DNA of 30,556 bases from the IMG/VR virus record IMGVR_UViG_3300032312_000364, positions 1 to 30,556 of that record. One strand, 5' to 3'. This stretch comes from a virus. Its lineage: Duplodnaviria; Caudoviricetes. Of this stretch, positions 26,137 through 30,556 are shown piece by piece. The notes beneath the pieces are model-generated. The model was given only the letters and a program-made list of their open reading frames with translations, did no database searches and was not told the origin of the DNA. The stretch's first letter is position 1; each line of letters begins with the position of its first letter. Made by a program: the position numbers and the translations under genes.

Positions 26137-26892
26137 TTATTTCTTGTTTAGTTGTGAAATAAAACTACCATAATATTCTGCACTTCCCAAGTGATTTATA
26201 GGTGTAGAAAGATCTGTCCAGATCTCAAAGCCACACTCTTCAGCTAATCTACAGAAATAATAATCTTCAGATAGAAATCTGTTTACTCCATCTTTCTCTT
26301 TATATATTCCAACAGGAAAAAAATCATACGCATTGTCTGATCCTTCTATTCCTGTTCTTAGATCTGGTTTGTATTTAAGATTAGGAAACTTATCCATAAT
26401 AGTATTAAACACCTCACGTTTAATTAACATGAAACCAGTAGCTGATTCTTTTACCCTTGCGAATCCCTGTTTAAATTCTGTGTTAGGATATAGATTAACA
26501 TTGAACTGCAAAAGATAATCACGCATTGTCTGTTCATCTATATTATTATTTTCTTTGATACGATCTAGTAACTGCTGCCAATAGAAACCTTTGACAGGAT
26601 AGGTGCATGTAACAACTTCTTTATTAAACTCTATAACTCTTAACAAGTTCTGTAGTGTAAAACCTATATCAGCATCAATAAATAAAAGATGTGTTCCATT
26701 AAATTCTTTATTATCTAAGAACTTAGTTACAAACTTATTTCTAGCACGATTGATTAAAGATTCAGTTGGTAGTGTTTCAATCCTAAGATTGTGTCCCATA
26801 TTATTTAAAGGTTTGATGCAATTAAATAATGAATGGAATGTCATGTTACTGATGTTGCCACCATAGCATGGGATTGCAATGAGTATGTTCAT
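26137..26892 (-). CDS. Glycosyltransferase (GT-A fold, family 2-like)
   Basis: ILIAIP, ESLINRARN, LLFIDAD (DxD), ATGFMLIKR and SEDYYFC. Confidence 0.85.
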   Translation of the reverse strand: MNILIAIPCYGGNISNMTFHSLFNCIKPLNNMGHNLRIETLPTESLINRARNKFVTKFLDNKEFNGTHLLFIDADIGFTLQNLLRVIEFNKEVVTCTYPVKGFYWQQLLDRIKENNNIDEQTMRDYLLQFNVNLYPNTEFKQGFARVKESATGFMLIKREVFNTIMDKFPNLKYKPDLRTGIEGSDNAYDFFPVGIYKEKDGVNRFLSEDYYFCRLAEECGFEIWTDLSTPINHLGSAEYYGSFISQLNKK

Positions 26893-26963
26893 AGTGTTTG
26901 AACAATCCCATTAATAAATTTACTTTGTAAATTTAAGCAAGGAATAGCAATTAATATATTCAT
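26889..26963 (-). pseudogene. Internally deleted glycosyltransferase paralog (24-codon remnant)
   Basis: MNILIAIPC is identical to the GT N-terminus but uses different codons. It is followed by a perfect hairpin, then a stop coupled (ATGA) to the GT. Confidence 0.7.
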
Positions 26964-26985
26964 AACCCTTTTAGGATTATTTATA

Positions 26986-27270
26986 TTATGGTTTAGTTGG
27001 GAATACTACTGAATTAACTTGTTCAACTGTTGATAAACCTTCAGTCAAATCTCTAAGTGATTGTCTGTAAGAAGACATAGCAGCAGATAAAGTATTATCA
27101 GATAAAGCAAGGTAATCTGTAGAAGCTAATAATGAATTACGTTTAGCTCTTAATGAAGCTAAAGATCTATCAAATGCTCCTGCATTCCAAGCAGTTTCGT
27201 CTGCCTGACGTTGAGCTATTTCCTCAGCACTAAGGGGAATTTGTATTCCATCTACTAATTTATGCTCCAT
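26986..27270 (-). CDS. Tail fibre assembly chaperone-like protein
   Basis: LRAKRNSLLASTD...YRQSLRDL...FPTKP. Confidence 0.8.
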   Translation of the reverse strand: MEHKLVDGIQIPLSAEEIAQRQADETAWNAGAFDRSLASLRAKRNSLLASTDYLALSDNTLSAAMSSYRQSLRDLTEGLSTVEQVNSVVFPTKP

Positions 27271-27424
27271 AATAATCTCCTTTTATATATTGGTTCTTTA
27301 CTGAATGCAATGAAGTAAAGCTCATCATATTATCTCCTATTTATTATTGTTAATTGAATTAGTCAAGTTATACGATTCCTGCGAAACAATAGTGTAGCTT
27401 GTGTTGTTTAAAATATCTATCATT

Positions 27425-28081
27425 TTAAACAATACCATACATTAAAATTGTTCCATCATCTATGTTTCCACTAGACATCTTAAATTGTACTGCATTAACA
27501 GCCGAAGTTGTATTTCCATATCCTGCTGAAAAGGAATCAACTATAAAATTACTAGCATACATTCCATTTGCTCTTGATATAAAATGCTTAACATAAGTAG
27601 TAGATGCTGGATTAAAAATTTGTAAGCACCCATTTGAATTGCTGTCGTTATCATTACCAATACCATCAGTAATTCTTTGAAAAGCCGTTGATTGTGCCAA
27701 GTCATCATCAGTGTCATAACCTACTGCTGCACTTGAATCACCTTCATTGTGTTCAGCTTGAAAAAATGTAGATGTTTTTGTTACGTTATAATTTGAACCT
27801 GAGTCTGTACTCATATTAAAAGTAAAAAAAGTATTATTAGTTGCTGGGTGTATATTAATAAACCAAAACTGATACTCTTTATAAGTAGAATCAATACCAG
27901 TAGTAAAAGAAATAGAAGCTGAGTTACTTGCTGTCTGCGAACTTATTAATTTCATACCACCAGTAGCAATCGCCGCATTGTAAGCAGTTACATTGGCAAT
28001 AGAATTGTTATTCAATGAAGCTGGTAATAAAACACCACTTGTAGTTATGTTGTTTGCGAATGATCTTGTTATTGTTCCCAT
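27425..28081 (-). CDS. Tail-tip/receptor-binding protein, paralog C
   Basis: LISSQTAS...STDSGSNYNVTKT...TTYVKHFI...NTTSAVNA.F.MSSGN...YG. Confidence 0.7.
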   Translation of the reverse strand: MGTITRSFANNITTSGVLLPASLNNNSIANVTAYNAAIATGGMKLISSQTASNSASISFTTGIDSTYKEYQFWFINIHPATNNTFFTFNMSTDSGSNYNVTKTSTFFQAEHNEGDSSAAVGYDTDDDLAQSTAFQRITDGIGNDNDSNSNGCLQIFNPASTTYVKHFISRANGMYASNFIVDSFSAGYGNTTSAVNAVQFKMSSGNIDDGTILMYGIV

Positions 28082-28138
28082 AAATAAACTCCTAGTTTAT
28101 GAATTTCTATATTGTAGTGCAACGGAAATATAGCCATG

Positions 28139-28822
28139 TTATGATTTTTTCACTCCGTATAATTTAATAACACCATCAAAGTTACCAGAACTCATTTTAA
28201 ACTGACAAGCATTTACTGCACTAGTTGTATTACCATAACCTGCAATATAACAAGGAATAGAATAAACTAAACCACCTGATGTACCGAAGTATTGTGTATT
28301 TGCTATGAAGTGTTTAACATAGGTAGTTGAAGATGGATTAAAAAGTTTTAATTCTCCACTTAAATTTCCATCAGAATCACTATTATCCATAATACTATCG
28401 CTACCAGCTAATGATAATACTTGAAATGCAGTAGATTGTGCCAAATCATCAGTATCAACATAAGCAATACCAGCACTAGAACCACTTTCATCATGATATG
28501 CTTCAAATGCAGTTGTGGTTTTTGTTACATTATAGTTAGAACCAGAATCTGTTGATAGATTAAAAGTAAAATCTACATTGTTATTTCTAGGTGCAATATT
28601 AATAAACTTAAACTCATACATATCATAAGTAGAATCCAATCCTGTTGTAAAAGAAATAGTAGCACTATTGGAAGCTGTCTGTGTTGATAATAATGTTAAT
28701 GTTCCAGCACTAGCATTAGCAAAAGAAGTTACAGCACTTACTGAAGAATTTGTAATTCCAGCAGGAAGTATAACTCCACCAGTTGTAATGTTGTTTGATA
28801 AACCTCTTGTGATACTACCCAT
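28139..28822 (-). CDS. Tail-tip/receptor-binding protein, paralog B
   Basis: Same conserved blocks as paralogs A and C, with loop insertions. Confidence 0.7.
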   Translation of the reverse strand: MGSITRGLSNNITTGGVILPAGITNSSVSAVTSFANASAGTLTLLSTQTASNSATISFTTGLDSTYDMYEFKFINIAPRNNNVDFTFNLSTDSGSNYNVTKTTTAFEAYHDESGSSAGIAYVDTDDLAQSTAFQVLSLAGSDSIMDNSDSDGNLSGELKLFNPSSTTYVKHFIANTQYFGTSGGLVYSIPCYIAGYGNTTSAVNACQFKMSSGNFDGVIKLYGVKKS

Positions 28823-28867
28823 TATTTAATTCCTACGCAGTTTGTGTTAAGTGAAATGTTTATCATT

Positions 28868-29518
28868 TTACTTAATACCATATAAATAAATTTTACCATC
28901 TGCAATATTGCCAGATGACATTTGAAATCTAATAGCATTAACAGCACTAGTTGTGTTACCATATCCTGCATTATAAGTGTCATAACTAGCATTGTCAGAT
29001 TGATATTTATTAACTCTACTAATGAAATGTTTTACATAAGTTGTAGAACTTGGATTATATAAATCTAAAAAACCAGAAACAGATTCGTCAGCACCATTAC
29101 CAATATTATCTGCAATAATTTGAAATGCTGTACTTTGTGCTAAATCATAATCAGTTTTATATTCTAAAGTAGTTGCCACATCAGATTCATAATGAGCCGC
29201 TACAAAATGTGTTGTAGTTTTAGTTACGTTATAATTACTTCCACTATCTGTACTCATATTAAAAGTAAAATTAACTGTATCAGTTGCTGGTCTAATATTA
29301 ACAAACACAAACTTATATGCTTTGTAAGTTGAATCTAAGCCAGTTGTAAAAGATAAACTTGCTGATGCCGAAGCAGTTTGAGAAGATATAAATGTAATTC
29401 CATCTTCAGCATTTGGCAATACAGTTATTCCAGTTACAGAAGAATTAGTTATAGCACCAGAAGTAAATACTCCACTTGTTGTAATATTGTTTGCTGCGGC
29501 TCTAGCGATTGCTCCCAT
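28868..29518 (-). CDS. Tail-tip/receptor-binding protein, paralog A
   Basis: Same conserved blocks; directly follows the tail fibre gene. Confidence 0.7.
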   Translation of the reverse strand: MGAIARAAANNITTSGVFTSGAITNSSVTGITVLPNAEDGITFISSQTASASASLSFTTGLDSTYKAYKFVFVNIRPATDTVNFTFNMSTDSGSNYNVTKTTTHFVAAHYESDVATTLEYKTDYDLAQSTAFQIIADNIGNGADESVSGFLDLYNPSSTTYVKHFISRVNKYQSDNASYDTYNAGYGNTTSAVNAIRFQMSSGNIADGKIYLYGIK

Positions 29519-29546
29519 AATTATGATAACCTACAAGTTAGTTTCA

Positions 29547-30556
29547 TTAGCTTAATCTCAAATATCTTACAGTAATTTCTGCTAGATTTGCTGGTGCAGT
29601 AGCAAATGTTAAAGTTGTACCTGATATTGTATAGTCATCAGTTGGAACTAATGTTAATCCATTAACCACCACTAGAATATCTGCAACTGCTCTACCAGAA
29701 TCTATTGTGATTGTAGTAGCTGAACCATTACCTGTAAAGTTAGCTGAAGTATAAGCACCACCAAGTGGTAAATATCTATAAGTTATTTCAGCAGAAGTAG
29801 CAGGTGCAGTTACGAAAGTTAATGTAGTTCCTGAAATTGTATAATCTGTTGTAGGTGTTAATTGAAATCCATTTACAAATACCAATACATCTTCAACTGT
29901 TCTACCAGATGAAATTGTAAATGCTGTTGTAGATCCATTGCCTGTGGCAGTACCTGACGAATAAGTTAATGTTGTAGATCCAAAAGATAATACTCCTGAT
30001 CCATTTGTTCTTAAAAATTGTCCATTAGTTCCATCAGTGTCAGGATAAGATATTCCATCTAATACAACTTTACCTGTACCATTTGGTGTAATGCTAATGT
30101 TACCATTAGAAGTAGATACTATTGAAAAAGTATTAATGTCTAAATTACCACCAAGTTGTGGAGTTGTATCTTGTACTAAATCTGTAATACCACCTGAAGT
30201 TACAGCTATCCAAACAGAACCTGTATAGTATTTTAAATTACCAGAAGTTGTATTATAATATAAATCTCCTGCAGTTAAAGCAGCACCATCATTATCTAAA
30301 GTTGGATCAGTTGCTTTAGCACCTAAGTAAACATCATCAAAATTATCAGCCGCTGTTAAAGCAGCATCTCTTGCAGCGTTAGCCGCATTAGCTGCATTAC
30401 TAGCAGTGTTAGCAAAGTTACTAGCATTGTTAGCAAAATTACTTGAATTGCTAGAATATCCTAAAGCTAAAGTTGCATTAGCTGATGCAAAACCTGCTTG
30501 TGTTGTAGCAGTTGCTGCATTTGATGAAGCAAAGCCAGCTTGTGTAGTTGCAGTAG
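29547..30556 (-). CDS. Tail fibre protein, 3' part (start lies beyond the window)
   Basis: The frame of the 112-aa track ORF stays open to the window edge. Ala/Ser/Asn coiled coil, FDDVYLGAK..DPTLDNDG, DTTPQLGGNLD, ITPNGTGKV, LRTNGSGVLSF, then two ~70-aa tandem domains. Confidence 0.88.
   Translation of the reverse strand, partial: TATTQAGFASSNAATATTQAGFASANATLALGYSSNSSNFANNASNFANTASNAANAANAARDAALTAADNFDDVYLGAKATDPTLDNDGAALTAGDLYYNTTSGNLKYYTGSVWIAVTSGGITDLVQDTTPQLGGNLDINTFSIVSTSNGNISITPNGTGKVVLDGISYPDTDGTNGQFLRTNGSGVLSFGSTTLTYSSGTATGNGSTTAFTISSGRTVEDVLVFVNGFQLTPTTDYTISGTTLTFVTAPATSAEITYRYLPLGGAYTSANFTGNGSATTITIDSGRAVADILVVVNGLTLVPTDDYTISGTTLTFATAPANLAEITVRYLRLS

Noticed and set aside
27425-29518. 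Diversity-generating retroelement acting on the tail paralogs
   Set aside because: No reverse transcriptase in the window, and no near-identical TR/VR pair differing only at adenines.
27260-29547. CRISPR array or canonical integron
   Set aside because: No identical regularly spaced repeats, no clear RYYYAAC/GTTRRRY attC ends, and no integrase or cas operon.
4850-29575. Opposite-strand or nested track ORFs (4850+, 6666+, 7636+, 15663+, 15674-, 16128+, 20723-, 24671+, 25047+, 26333+, 26603+, 29378+)
   Set aside because: They are shadows of well-supported genes, with no RBS or recognisable motifs.
29547-29885. 112-aa ORF as a complete gene
   Set aside because: The TTG start is internal; the frame is open to the window edge.

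Overview
The window is most of the genome of a small, AT-rich podovirus. Gene order and content resemble HTVC010P-type SAR11 (Pelagibacter/Fonsibacter) phages with a BPP-1/T7-like virion module. This assignment is inferred from remembered family features and from GAAAGG-type ribosome-binding sites, not from a database search. Layout: minus-strand virion and packaging operon (1-12.8 kb); a ~700 bp non-coding region; plus-strand small early genes separating terL from terS (13.5-15.1 kb); minus-strand terS/replication-initiator/Cro operon (15.1-18.6 kb); divergent plus-strand recombination operon ending in a DnaA domain-IV gene (18.7-22.1 kb); minus-strand basic peptides, HNH, lysis genes, glycosyltransferase, three paralogous tail-tip genes and the 3' end of a tail fibre gene (22.1-30.6 kb). 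I saw no DNA polymerase, RNA polymerase, integrase, tRNA or CRISPR array. Top leads: (1) a long hairpin at ~21.04-21.11 kb whose loop is antisense to the translation-start regions of several phage early genes; (2) perfect DnaA boxes inside two promoters upstream of the lysis genes, in a phage that encodes its own DnaA DNA-binding domain; (3) tail/glycosyltransferase spacers that look like deleted genes reduced to start codon + hairpin scar + 3' end; (4) an HNH gene flanked by a 22-bp direct repeat that duplicates a stop/start overlap.
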